A stretch of DNA of 63,859 nt, filler included, from Hyphochytrium catenoides (Eukaryota > Protista > Hyphochytriomycota), in the NCBI GenBank assembly GCA_900088475.1. It is 13 parts of 13 records of this genome, joined end to end, with 100 filler letters (N's around TTAATTAATTAA, not from the genome) between each part and the next. Parts side by side here need not be neighbours in the genome. Positions count along the whole stretch, not along the records: positions 1 to 9,344 come from FLMG01004155.1; positions 9,445 to 12,745 come from FLMG01004583.1; 11 more parts are not named here. One strand, written 5' to 3'. The notes under the pieces are model-generated. The model did no database searches. It was given only the letters and a program-made list of their open reading frames with translations, and was not told where the DNA came from. A program made the translations under genes and the position numbers. How positions within the stretch are numbered: position 1 is the first letter of the stretch; each line of letters opens with the position of its first letter. Below, one piece after another: positions 1 to 11,833 of this stretch.

Positions 1-116
1 TGTAGGTATTCTTATTTAGCTGGTCTCTTTCTCTTTCTCTCTTGGTAAAGTACTACTTGTAGCTTTGCTGATCACACCGTCTCTCTTTCCTTTCTCTCTA
101 CCGCTCTCTTCTTTGA

Positions 117-237
117 CAATCTATCTCGAGGTCTTTCCCTTCTCCTCCTCCTCTCTTTATGTTGTCCTCATATCTTTCTTTGGCAATCTATCTCGAGGTC
201 TTTCCCTTCTCCTCCTCCTCTCTTTATGTTGTCCTCA
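117..237. repeat. Direct tandem duplication (54-bp identical core, 67-bp period)
   Basis: caatctatctcgaggtctttcccttctcctcctcctctctttatgttgtcctca occurs at 117-170 and 184-237. Confidence 0.95.
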
Positions 238-952
238 CGTGATGACCATAATCTCCCCACCAGGCTTCTGTCCTCATGATTCTTTCCCTGTCTCTCATCT
301 TGCACTCAGGCTTTGTTATTATATGCACGTACAGATCCTTGTATCTTCTAGTGATAGAGCAACTAGCAACGAGACCAGAAAAGAAACCAGAAAGGGAGCC
401 GGGATTCCTCGCTGTTACCTAAACAAGAACAAGCTGTTCATGTGGGGTGGGCAGAGGAGCCAGAGAGAGTACGTCAAGAAAGAACAATGCCTGCCCCCGC
501 TTTCTCTGTCAACCGTCCGAGGAGTCTCATCTATCATCTAACCCTATATATCTCAACTCAGTTCGACTGGCTTGAGGTCGATATAGCGCCTGTCCTCTTC
601 TTCTTACTTTGCCATCTTTCTGCTTTATGTTGGTGTCTCGTCTTTGGGCAGAGTCTTTAAGTAGCAGAAATGTCACTTGCGGGGTTTCCTCTCACCTCTC
701 TCTCTCTCTCCAAATTCTTAATACTACTCTCTCTCCTCCTCTCTCGACTCCTTTCTCCCTCTCCCCTCCCTTCCTGAATGATAAGGACTTCCTCCCCATT
801 TCTTCAAACTTTTCCCGGGAGCAAGTGGTGCGCTGCCTCAATAGCTCATTCCGGGTCTTCCAGCCCAAGTCAGAGTCGCAATCGCACGGAAATTTTGTCT
901 CTGCAAATCTCTTCTCTTCCTCCTCATCCCGAAGGAGGAAATCCCAGGAAGT

Positions 953-1552
953 ATGGCCAAGAGTTTCACCTTCTCTCTGTGCCTCTTGGCTGGGGCTCTC
1001 TGCTCTCTCTCTGCTCCTGCCGCGGCTCACCCTCCCCGATATGATTACGTCAAGTCCTGCTATCACTCCACGCATACGGACCTAGAGGTTAAGCCTCTGC
1101 TTGAGATTTGCCTCATCAATCCTCATCTACAAGCTCAGGATGAAACGGAGCTGAGACTAACAACTATGGACTTTTCCCTCGCCCGGAAAGTTCGTCCCTT
1201 CGGAACGGAAGGCACGAGTCTGTTTGCGTTTATCTCCCTCGGCCCTGATCAGGCTGAGAAGAAGAAGAGCGACATGTTTAAGCTCTTCTATGTCTCGTCC
1301 TCTACGGACAATTACGCCACTATCCACTCTCGAAGTATCAACGGAGCTTTCACAATCTTCAAGGGACCAGTGGGCATCCAAGAACGGATGTACACCGAGA
1401 CACAGTTCATGAAGAATGCAACTTCATTAATAGATATTGCCGGAGATAAGAATCTGAAGGTGAAGATCCTCGGAGTGGATGAGGAGGGCAACGTCAAGCA
1501 GAGCTGGGATTATGCTCTGAAGGACATGCAAAACGGCCCCGTGAGTTCTTGA
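953..1552 (+). CDS. Intronless 199-aa putative secreted protein of unknown function
   Basis: ATG-to-TGA ORF with non-repetitive, protein-like composition. The N-terminus MAKSFTFSLCLLAGALCSLSAPAAA|HPP looks like a cleavable signal peptide (AxA site). Confidence 0.75.
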   Translation: MAKSFTFSLCLLAGALCSLSAPAAAHPPRYDYVKSCYHSTHTDLEVKPLLEICLINPHLQAQDETELRLTTMDFSLARKVRPFGTEGTSLFAFISLGPDQAEKKKSDMFKLFYVSSSTDNYATIHSRSINGAFTIFKGPVGIQERMYTETQFMKNATSLIDIAGDKNLKVKILGVDEEGNVKQSWDYALKDMQNGPVSS

Positions 1553-3867
1553 TGAGAGCCTCTGGGCCTGCATGTTTCTTCCATAGGCAGCAAGACAGTT
1601 GAATGTAAGGAGAGAGAGCCAGCCCGTGGAAGATGGTCGGACAAGTTCATTACTATATGGTCCTCCTCTTCTCCATAACTATATTATACATATATAAGCA
1701 GTAGATGATTGTCTTTCCATGAATCTTTACCATCTCAGACAGGTTCTTCCTCCCAGGGCTTCAGATGATCCATCTACCGCCTGTAGACTTGCTTCAGAAC
1801 TCCATCATGCGAAGACAGCTTCCTTCGCTTTTTTCCTGAGTATCGTTCAAGCATAGGGTTCTACCTTCTCCTTATCTGTTCTTTCTTCTCTACTGCTTGC
1901 TCATTTCCGGCTCTCCCGGCTTTGAAGGCAGTCCCACGTTTCTTTAGACTTTCTGTTCTCCTGACAAACAGTGGACTCCTTTTTATAACGATTGAGCAAT
2001 CGCGGTGGGCCAGAAAGAGGGAAGAGAAAAAATGACTACTAATGTCAACGAAGAGCATCAGAAGGAGAGACGTCAACCTTTCTCTCCATAAGTTGTTCTG
2101 GGGCTCAACAGTCTCATGATCCTCTCACCTAGTAGGCAGGGTGAACATGCCCGTCGTCCACAGACTAGATATGAAAGTCAGAGCTGAAGTTGCTTCAGAG
2201 GTTCAGATCCTGTGCCAACCGCGGTCCATCAGCCCCTAGTGTCGAACCCCTTCATCAACAGCTGCTATATGTGACATGCTTGCTGATAGGAACTACCCAG
2301 GCTGAACCTAGAATCCATGAAGTGCCGTCAGCTCAAGAAGATTTTGAGTGAGAGGCCGAGCGACACACTTCTTTGCTTATGGCCCACTATCAAAGAAGAA
2401 AGGAGGATGTATGTTCATCATTCTAGGCTAGTAGGCAAGGTCGGTCGACGCCGAATGCCCTCGTTAGGATCCTGATCGTGCAGAAGTGCTGGCGTGAAGA
2501 GTATAGAGGCATGAAGACGACGGTATGAAGTAGCAGTTTATGCCCTGTTCTTCTTCGTCACGAAAAGGAGGCAATGCGTACGAGGAGGAGGAGGAGCCGC
2601 AGCAGCATCATAAGGAGGGAAACGCATAGCTGTAGATGAGAAGGAATCCTTACTGTTCTCCTCGCTGCTCAGAAAGACGAGAGAAACGGAGCTCCCATCA
2701 CTGTCACCTCTTCCTTTTATTTGAGTCTTCCTTCAGTGGTTAGTCGTCAACCACGTTAGCTCTTATTTCATGGTGAGATAGATCTGATGGTCGCGGACTC
2801 AGATAGTAAGTGCCGTGCTTAGACGAGGATATGGTAGGTGCAAGGAAGAACAGCATTGAAGTTGGCGTTAGATAGTGTCGTCACTAAGAGTCTCTCCTCC
2901 GCCTACTGAAGGCAACACCATCGACGGCGGTGATCTCCCGTGCTGGTCCATCTTCTCTGAGCATTCTCAGCAACTTAATCTAAACGATGGCCAGTTGATG
3001 TGCCCGTGAGACGTGGACATACACCGCAGAAAGAGAGCCCTCGAGTTTTCCTTGGTCCCGTTCTTCACGAGAACGAAGGTCTTCCCTTTCTCTTCTTCTT
3101 ACGTCTCCAACAGATGATTGGATGGAGATGATGACGAGGAAGTGAACTCCAGTCACTCCTGCAGCAGACCACGCTTCTTTCTCACTTCCTTCTTACCTTT
3201 CTAGCTCTTCCAACGCGCCTGACCATCTCCCTCCCGTCATGCAAATGCCCCTATGCTTATGCCGCCAGCAGCAGGGGCAGGAAGTAATAGGCTGCAGCGG
3301 CAAGCATAAGAAGTTTATGGAGGATTTTTATGGCCAGGAAGTGGGAAGGTGCAAAGTGCAGGTGCCTCTCCTTCGTTCTAACGTTGAAGAGACAAGTGTC
3401 ATCATCCGTCAGAGAACCTACAGACCCTTCTCTTCCGTCATAAGAAGTTGCGGCTCTCTGCCCTACGATGGCCAGAAGAGCCATGGAGCAGACAGCGCGA
3501 GGAGGAGGAGAAAGAGTGCGTGAAAAGGCGTGACGCTGTTTGGTCAAGGCAAAGGAGTTATAATGGACGGGATGTAATCAGTAGAGAGAAGAGGAGAGAG
3601 TGTGACCTGACGAGGAGAGAAGAAGGAGAAAGAAAGAGGGTCACGTCCTAGTAAGGCTTCAACTGTCCAACAAGGTTGTCGTTGAGACACAGTTCGAAGG
3701 AGAAAGGAAAGAAAAGAGAAGAGAGAAGAGGCGCAAACCCTTGAGAAGAGAAAGGCAGACCCAGAAGCAGCAAGAGCGGTTCCAGGAGCAGCCATTGTGT
3801 CGGTTGTAACGACCAATTTCAGGAAGACAGAATGAGGAACCAGGCAAAGAGGAAGAGGGGTAGCCAA

Positions 3868-3898
<31 letters not shown>

Positions 3899-3912
3899 GA
3901 GAGAGACAGAGA

Positions 3913-3943
<31 letters not shown>

Positions 3944-3945
3944 GA

Positions 3946-3976
<31 letters not shown>

Positions 3977-4120
3977 CCAAAGGGAAAGAGAGGGCAGTGG
4001 GAGGTTAGGGGAAGGGGAAGAGGAGGGTAGAAAAGGGAGAAAAAGGGAATAGGAGGTTCTTTTAGTAACGGCTCCCTTCTCCTTTAGAGTAGGGTTCAGA
4101 ATCTCTCTCTTTCTCTCTCT

Positions 4121-4172
<52 letters not shown>

Positions 4173-4210
4173 CTCTCTCTTTCTTTCTCTCTCTCCTCTC
4201 TTCTCTCTTC
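3868..4210. repeat. (GA)n microsatellite followed by a (CT)n microsatellite
   Basis: GA/GACA run at ~3868-3976 and CT run at ~4103-4210. Many similar tracts occur across the window (e.g. 5346-5400, 10737-10790, 11709-11833, 53660-53702). Confidence 0.95.
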
Positions 4211-5127
4211 TCACTTGGTGATCTTTCTTTCACCACTCATCCTCTCTCCGTCATTACGCTGCTCCCTCGTTGCTAACCCTTCCTCCTCCTCTTTTCTCTC
4301 CCAATTTGATTGTTGTTGGCCCCTTCAGCACCTTCCCTTCGCTCGCTGTAACGGACAACAGACCCTTCTGTGCTTCTTCAGTTCCTCTGACACGCCAGCA
4401 GACCCGCAGACTGCTGAGGTTGCTTTCTTTCTTTCCTTTGTGCATCTGCTGTCCAGCAGGCCATGGGCGGGCGCCGTGACGAAGAAGTCTGGGAGGAGGA
4501 GGACATAACTTTTTCGAGGTCATAAGAAAAAGAAGCTCAGACTGTGGTGTCTGCCGATCGTGAGGCGTAACGGCGTTAGCTGGCTACTACGAGGATAGCG
4601 GCTCTAGATCTGTCGTAGCTGTAGAGAGGGGAGAAAACGGGGAAAGAGAGTAGTAAGAAGAGAGAAGATAGAAGAGAGGAGGACAAGATAAAGAGAGACA
4701 GAGAGAGAAAGAAAAGAAAGAGAGAGAGAGAGAGGGCTGAGAGACAGAGAGGGAGAGAGAGACAGAGAGGGACAGAGAGAGAGGAAGAGAGAGAAAGAGA
4801 AGAGACAGAGACAGAAAGAAAGAAAGAAAGAGAGAGAGAGCCGAGAGCAGAGAGAGAGAGAGAGCAAGAAGTGAGGGGCTCGTTCTCTGTTATCGTCACC
4901 CTCTCTTGACTATGCGCCTGGCCGCCTGGCCCGCAGCAAGAAGGCCCAAGAAAGTAAAAAATGAACTTTGCCTTTTAACGTCTGTTACTGTCAAATGTCC
5001 TCGCTCATGTTGGCCCCATACAGTGACACCGAGATTGCCCATCACCCAGGAAAGGGAGAGGGAGAGAGAAAGAGGAAAGGAGGGATGCAGGAGGAGGGCA
5101 AGGACACAAGAGGGACAGAGAGGAAAC

Positions 5128-5158
<31 letters not shown>

Positions 5159-5343
5159 AGAGAAATATGCTAGAGGATATGCTTATGGGTCCTCTTTCTT
5201 CGTAGCCTCCAGACATCAGAAGGGATACTCCGCTATTTCCATGTACGATGATTGCCCAATCCAGATTGACGTAGCGAAGAAGGTAGACGAGAGAGTGAGG
5301 ATGGACAGGAAAGAGAGGAGAAAGAAAGAAAAGAGGTAGTGGG

Positions 5344-5393
<50 letters not shown>

Positions 5394-5999
5394 GAGAGAG
5401 AAAAGAAGGGAAGGAAGCTTGTTGTCTCTGTCACTACGCAAGGCGACAACGTAACCGTCAGCACAGAGGCTGAGAGAAGAAGAGTGACCATTCTAAGCAT
5501 CTCTCTGTCAAGTTCCGGGGCAGTTGAAGCTGGAGAGACACCAGCGGCTGTGGGCACGATGGCCTACGACTTTCTTCTTTCTTTAGCCTAACCAGCGCTT
5601 CGTCCTCCTCTCTCTCTCTCTTTCTCTTCTACTCTTTCTCCCTCTCTTTCTCTCTCTGTCTCTCTCTCTATGAGGCTCTGTTGCTTTCATTTCCTGAACG
5701 CCGTGAGAGACAGCAGCAGCAGACGGCGCTCGTAGCAAACAAGGAGTTGGGATTAAGAGAGCAGAAGAAGAAAGAGAGGCAATACGATGTTCCTTCTCCA
5801 TCTGTCTTTCCTGACCATGTAGCTAACAGTTACGGTCGGCAATCGCTCCTCAGTTTGGCATAGTTCCCGGTTGCACGTCTTTCAGAAGAGAGAAAGAGGT
5901 CAAAGAAGGAGAGACTCACAGATCGCAATCTCCTTTGCATCAGAGTTCACAGGCCAGCGCGGTTAGTTTAGAAGAGAAAAGCGAGGGTAGTAGAGAAAG

Positions 6000-8900
6000 A
6001 TGAAGACTCTCTCCCTCTCTCTTCTCCTTCTCTTGGCGCTTCTTACCTTGGCAACGGAGACTATCGATGGAACTTCTTCTTCTCCCAGCACTGTCGGTGC
6101 ATCTCCCGCGGCAGATGTCCTTGCGATCAAGGCTGTGGGCACACCGTTGACTGCGCAGCTCTTTCCACGCCTTGCCCGGATGTATCGGAGCGTTGCTATT
6201 GACTCTGAGGATTCTCTTTCGATGGTGGACGTTGACTATGACGACAAAGGGTCATTCCCTGCACGGGACGACCTGCTGGTCAAGCAGACAGCCCATCTTG
6301 CCGTGTTGGACTACATGCTACCTCCACAAGACTTCAAGACCTACCGCGACCTCGTCATGCTTCCATTCGCGGCAGCGGCTATCGTTCCTATCACCAACAT
6401 CGCAGAGCTTGGAGAAGGAGAGCGCATTGTGCTCTCCAGAGAAGTCCTCGCTGACATTTTTCAGGGGAAGATCCTTCATTGGGACGACCCGGCCATCCGC
6501 AGCCTGAATCCTAACGTCCCTCTTCCTCCAGAGGATATCAGGGTCATCGTCCCTGCAGTCGTTCAGCCGGTTACGGATACATTCACAGCTGCTTTGAGCG
6601 CCTTCAGTCCGGACTTTGAGGCAAACATTGGACGGTCACCGCTTCCAAACTGGTGCCGGGGAACAGCAGTGAGGTCCACCTCCGCCGACTTGCCTTATAC
6701 GACCGTTGTCTGCCAAGAAGGTAACAGTACGCGCGAGTTCTATGAGACCTTTGGTCTTGAGCCACGGACGGCAGCGGTAAGAAAAGTATCATCGTCCTTC
6801 TTCTTTTCTCTTTCCTGTTCTATTTTTGCCATCTCAGAGGCAGAAGCATCATCGTCTAACAACAGCTCTCTCTTCCGTGCTATAGTTCTCAATCTTGCCG
6901 TACGCAATCTCCTTTATGTACCTGACGGAAGCTATTGAGCGGGGCTTTCTCCCAGCCAAGCTTATCAACAAAGCTCAGGCAACGGTCACACCGTCCGTAG
7001 AGTCCACTACCAGCGCGTTGATGGCCGTAGAAGGAGTGTTTGACGGTCGATACAACGCGACACTAGTCGATACCGCCGCACCCGAAGGCTGGCCTATCGC
7101 GGCTATTTCTTACCTGACTCTACGAGGAAGGACTCATCTTGACGACTGCGTCCATCGAAAAGGCTTGGTGGACCTGTTTAGCTGGGCACTCAGCCACCCA
7201 GAATTTGTAAGGCTTGCCGGAGCCTCAGGCTTTGCTGTTCTCAGTGAGGGGTCACGCCTGAAGACGGTCTCTCAGCTGGTGAAGGTGGTTTCCTGCGTAC
7301 GGAACTGCTTCGGCGTGCCAGCGGCCATCTGCACGTGCATTGGCTCAGGGCGTCGATGCTCTATGGCCGGTGCGGTCTCTACTGATAATAAGAAGCTTTA
7401 CTTGGGCTATCCAACCTTTATCCAGTACTCTGTGGACGTCTTACTGGACGCCTTCAGTGCCAGAACAGAGTATGAGCTCATGCCCTTTGCAGACTGGAAT
7501 GAGGAGGATAGCCTTATGTTTGCGATGGTGGCGTCCGACACTACCAATGGTTTGGACTCTGGCCTCTTGTCAACGAGAAAGCTTCTCTCCTCAACGGCTT
7601 ATAACGAGACACTAACGGAGCTTTTGAATGCCAAGAGAGTGAGCATCACGCCGCTGTTCATCGGCACTATCGCTCTCATCGCCAGCCTAGACAACGTCAC
7701 GACCATTAACCTCACGCCGGAGCTGTTGGCTGACATTTACTTAGGGAAGGTACAGAGGTGGAATGATGCAAAGGTCCAGGAGTTGAACCCTGGCTCTCCA
7801 TTGCCGAACCTCAATATTACGCTGGTTCTTGATGTTGGCGCCAGTGAGATATCGAGGGCCATCTGCACCTATTTGTCAGCAATAAGCCAAGACTTTGCCG
7901 CCGTCTTTGCCAAGACAAGGAACCTTAACATGCTCCGTACCTTTCACTCTCGCGTGGTAGAGACACCTTCTTCTCGTGCATTGGAAGGCATGGTTAACAG
8001 CGTTAAAGGTGCTCTCGCTGCAATGTGGACAAGATCAGACGCCAATCTCCGGAAGAAAACCACAGTCTTGCTTGCTGCGGTCGGCGGAGATTCCACACGG
8101 CAGCCAGTAGGGCCTTCCATCTCTTCTATGAACGAATGTCTCGAGGGCTTGGGGTCTAATGCACTCGAAGTCCTCTCTCCCCATGCTATTCTCTTCAAGA
8201 ATCTCTCAGTTTACGGCTGCTATCCTCTCTCTATAGAGTATAACCTTGTCGCTAAGCGTCTCTGGATGGCAGATGCAGAAGATAGTGCAAGGAAGAATGC
8301 GATGTTTATGGACTGGATTCTGAAGACAAATCTTCAAGGAAGCTTGGCGACCCTCTCCCAAGATATGGCAGAGGCACTACTTAGCCCTATCGCCAACAGT
8401 ATCTCCCTAGGCCAAGCCTCTGTTCTGTCTCCTCAGCCTCCGTGCAGCCGAAAGGACATGGGCTACCTTCTGTCCGCCTGCAAGGAGCGTGTGATGACGG
8501 TAAGCTTCTACTGGCTGGGAGATGAGGACAATCGAACTTGTCTGGGAGGGCAAGAGCTAATCCCAGACATTGACATTGCCTGTGAGTTTGTCCCTTCGTC
8601 CTCTTCGGTGGGATCTGGCATCATCGCTCTGATAGTCATTTGCTGTCTGATCCTCACCCCGTTCCTATGGTTTACCTTCTACTATCGGTATTCTCAAGCC
8701 CTGGTGGCGTCTCAAGTTAACTTTACGCTGCTCTTTATTTGGGGAGCGCTCCTCCTGGCCATCTCTTCTGCCTCTCTCCTGGGAGAGAACAGCGAGGCCA
8801 ACTGCGTCCTCCGTCCTTGGGCTCTCAGCCTCAGCTTCTCCGTGCTCTTTGCTCCATTGCTAATGAAGCTCAAGCGCGTGTACACTCTCTTTGGGCAGAA

Positions 8901-9344
8901 AACGTTGAAGCGCGTTGTTGTCTCAAACCTTAAGGTAGCGGCGGAGACCTCGGCTTTCCTCTTTGTGGATGTGATCATCCTTTTGTCCTGGCAGTTTGGC
9001 TCCAAGATGACCACGATGACGGACTTCGAGGCCATTGACATCGTTGGGGATGTGCCCCGGCAGGTCTGTGATTATGGGACGGACATGGGGCTCTATGTGA
9101 TGCTTCTGTACAAGGCGCTGGTCCTCGGAGTGGGCGTGTATCTCGCAGTGAAGTCCTGGGACATCGTGGAAGACTACTCAGAGGCCAAACAGCTGGCCAT
9201 TGGCCTCTACAACGCCTGCCTCATGGGAGGACTGACCCTGTTGCTAACGATGGGGATCAGCACATCGTCCAGTATCAGAGTGATCCTCTTAGCTGTTTCG
9301 TGCTGCTTAGTCTCATTCATCTGCGTGGTCCTGGTGATGACTCC
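6000..9344 (+). CDS. Class C (GABA-B-like, 7tm_3) GPCR with signal peptide, two PstS-like (type II periplasmic-binding) domains and a Cys-rich juxtamembrane module; 3' end runs into a gap
   Basis: Exon 6000-6776, phase-0 intron 6777-6885 (GTAAGA...CTAAC...TAG), exon 6886-9344, joined in frame (RTAA|FSILPYAISF). PstS-like motifs: LADIFQGKILHWDDPAIRSLNPNVPLP, GWPIAAISYL, LADIYLGKVQRWNDAKVQELNPGSPLP, CYPLS. 7tm_3 motifs: CVLRPWALSLSFSVLFAPLLMKLKRVYTLF and YKALVLGVGVYLA...YSEAKQLAIGLYN. Confidence 0.9.
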
Positions 9345-9444
9345 NNNNNNNNNNNNNNNNNNNNNNNNNNNNNNNNNNNNNNNNNNNNTTAATTAATTAA
9401 NNNNNNNNNNNNNNNNNNNNNNNNNNNNNNNNNNNNNNNNNNNN
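9345..9444. other. Artificial contig-joining spacer (N-TTAATTAATTAA-N, stop codons in all six frames)
   Basis: The same ~100-nt spacer recurs at ~12746, 15906, 32491, 35212, 37364, 38788, 50061, 53930, 55316, 61451 and 62740. Confidence 0.97.
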
Positions 9445-10381
9445 GGATACCCAGCCACGATCAAGTACAAGCAGAAGGCAGTGACTGCTTCCATGAAGGC
9501 GAACCACTAAGTGGAATGAAGAGAGAGGAAGGCCTGTCGTTTTCCTTTTGTCTCTAATCTCTCTCTATTGCCTTACGCCTTCTCTCTTTCTCTCTCTTTA
9601 TGGCTCTCAAATTTTTTCCATAGAATTTCGGCAGCGTTATTATCGTCGGTCTCTCTTCTTTGCTCCCTTTCTCTCTTCTTTATCTAACTATAGCTCTGCA
9701 TAAAGACAATATACTAGCTAGAAACATACTTTCTCCTTGAAGCGCATGCTTCTGCTCAACTCTTTCTCTCTTTCGTCTCATTCTCTCTCCCCCTCTCCTT
9801 CTAGCTGCGTCTTCGCTGTCCTTCCATAATCATCACTGCGCTATGGAAGCCGCTTCTGCTTATAGTCTCTCTCTTCTTTCCATCAACGCACCTGCCAACC
9901 TATGTCAAATAGTTGCTCAACCTTCTCACAGCCTGTGTCTCTTTTGTCCTCGTCTCTCTCTTTCTTGGACAAGAGAATGGAAAGAGGACGTCGAGAAGAG
10001 AGAAATAGGAGAAAGAGAGTGATGGAGAGGAGAAGTGCTTCGCTCTAATTATGAAAAATAAATAGCCATTGTGTACGTACATATGATAACAGATAGACAT
10101 CGAGCCTCTCTCTCTCTCTCGCCCGCGGTTCCTCCTGTCACTTTTGTATCAAAAAGAGAGAAGAAAGCAGGAGAAAGCGAGAAAGACTAAACATACGGGC
10201 TAGCAGGCTTGGCCGAGAAGGAGGCTAAAAGAGGATGTCTGGACTACGGACATCCAGTGCAAGAGGAGAGCGTAAGTAACTCTCTCCTCTCTCTTAATGT
10301 CTGATGTGTCTCCTTTTCTCAACAATTTCTCCCTATGAATCTCTCTCTCTCTCTCTCTCTCTCTGTCTGTCTCTCTCGTGG

Positions 10382-10736
10382 CTAAGCTCCAAAGTCACCC
10401 ATGTCAGGAAGGTCAGAGTCATCCATGCCTCCTGCGTCTCCCTCTCCTCCATTGTTCTCTCCTGCCGCCATCTCAAACTCAAAGAGACGCATCTCAAGGT
10501 TTGTGATCTTTGCCTGCGCTTCCTTAGCATTGAGAACCATCTGCTCCTGCAACGCCTGTTGCAGCGAGAGAATATTGAAGAATGAGAGAAACAGAGAGAG
10601 AGAGAGCCGAGAGAGAAAGAAAGATAGACACAGTGTAAGCCGGACACAACGGAGAGAGAGAGTGCGTTAAGTGCCAGAGGTGGAGAAGAGACAGAAGCGA
10701 CTGAATAACGATACGACTGGCGAGGATGGGGGTACC

Positions 10737-10792
<56 letters not shown>

Positions 10793-11714
10793 GGAAGAAA
10801 AAAGGGAGAAGTGGATTGAACACCGTATGTACTAACCAGCCGCACCACGACCTCAGGAGAGAGACCAGGACAGACAGGAGAGAAAGAAGGAGAGAGAGAG
10901 AGCCGAAAAACGGAGCCGAAGTGTTTGAGGGGACAGGACCAAGAAGAGAGAGTTCACCTTGCAGCGCGCTTCTAAGGTCACATCTCCACCTCCTGCCTCC
11001 GAGGGTTGGCGCTGTTGCTCCTCCTTCGGACTTTCGACCGGAGCAGCTTCCGAAATTGTCTTCTTCTCTTCACTTTCTGCTCCTTTCTCTCCTCCTGTGT
11101 ATTCTCCCTTCTTCTCTCCTCCGGAGTCGGCAGCTGGGGCCGAAGGGGAAGGAGAGACTGTTGGTGGAGGAGTCTCGCTCACGGAGGGGAGAGCTCCTGC
11201 TTTAAGTTTAGATTCTATGATCTTCTGCAGCTTTTCTATGACGCGCTCTTGAGTTCCCACCGTCGACTGTAACAAAGAACAGAGCGAGTGAGGGGCCAGC
11301 GAAAGAGAGAGTGTTGACTGTTGTGAGAGAGATAGAGTGAAAGTGAGAGAGAGAGTGCAGAAAGAGAGAAGTGAGAGGAAATGAATGCGAGCAGGAAAGA
11401 GAAGGAGGGAAGAAGGAGCGAGAGGATGAAGGAGAGGGAGAGAATAGCTGAGGAGAAAGAGAGAGATGCAGTAGAATGGGAGAAAAGACCTTTAGATATT
11501 CTACAGTCCAAGAGGGTAAGAGAAAAAGAAGGAAAGTTAAAAGACCTTTAGATATTCTACAGTCCAAGAGGGTAAGAGAAAAAGAAGGAAAGTTAAAGGG
11601 AGAGGGGGATCTAGGCTTGTGGGGAGGAGACAACAGGTTGCATGGGGATGCGTGACAAGACTCAATGGAGAAACTTCAAGCTCTATAGTCTTCACACATA
11701 CAGCGAAAGAGAGA

Positions 11715-11768
<54 letters not shown>

Positions 11769-11801
11769 AGAGAGAGCGAGAGCGAGAGAGAGAGAGAGAG
11801 G

Positions 11802-11833
<32 letters not shown>

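Noticed and set aside
843-860. GCTCATTCC resembling the oomycete initiator element upstream of the secreted ORF
   Set aside because: Short motif without the flanking FPR element, so chance occurrence is likely without TSS data
2850-3030. Possible decayed ankyrin repeat on the minus strand (SHGH...DQHGRSP)
   Set aside because: Requires several frameshifts and the similarity is too weak
3000-5900. Numerous ORFs rich in ERER/SLSL
   Set aside because: They are translations of GA/CT microsatellites. The unique islands between tracts could be decayed exons, but I could not build a spliced frame or recognise a family.
6895-6938. Overlapping ORFs suggesting programmed frameshifting in the GPCR gene
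   Set aside because: Fully explained by a canonical 109-nt GT-AG intron (6777-6885) with a CTAAC branch site
9389-9400. Recurrent TTAATTAATTAA palindrome as a biological repeat or CRISPR-like element
   Set aside because: It is always embedded in fixed-length N runs, so it is an assembly or concatenation linker with six-frame stops
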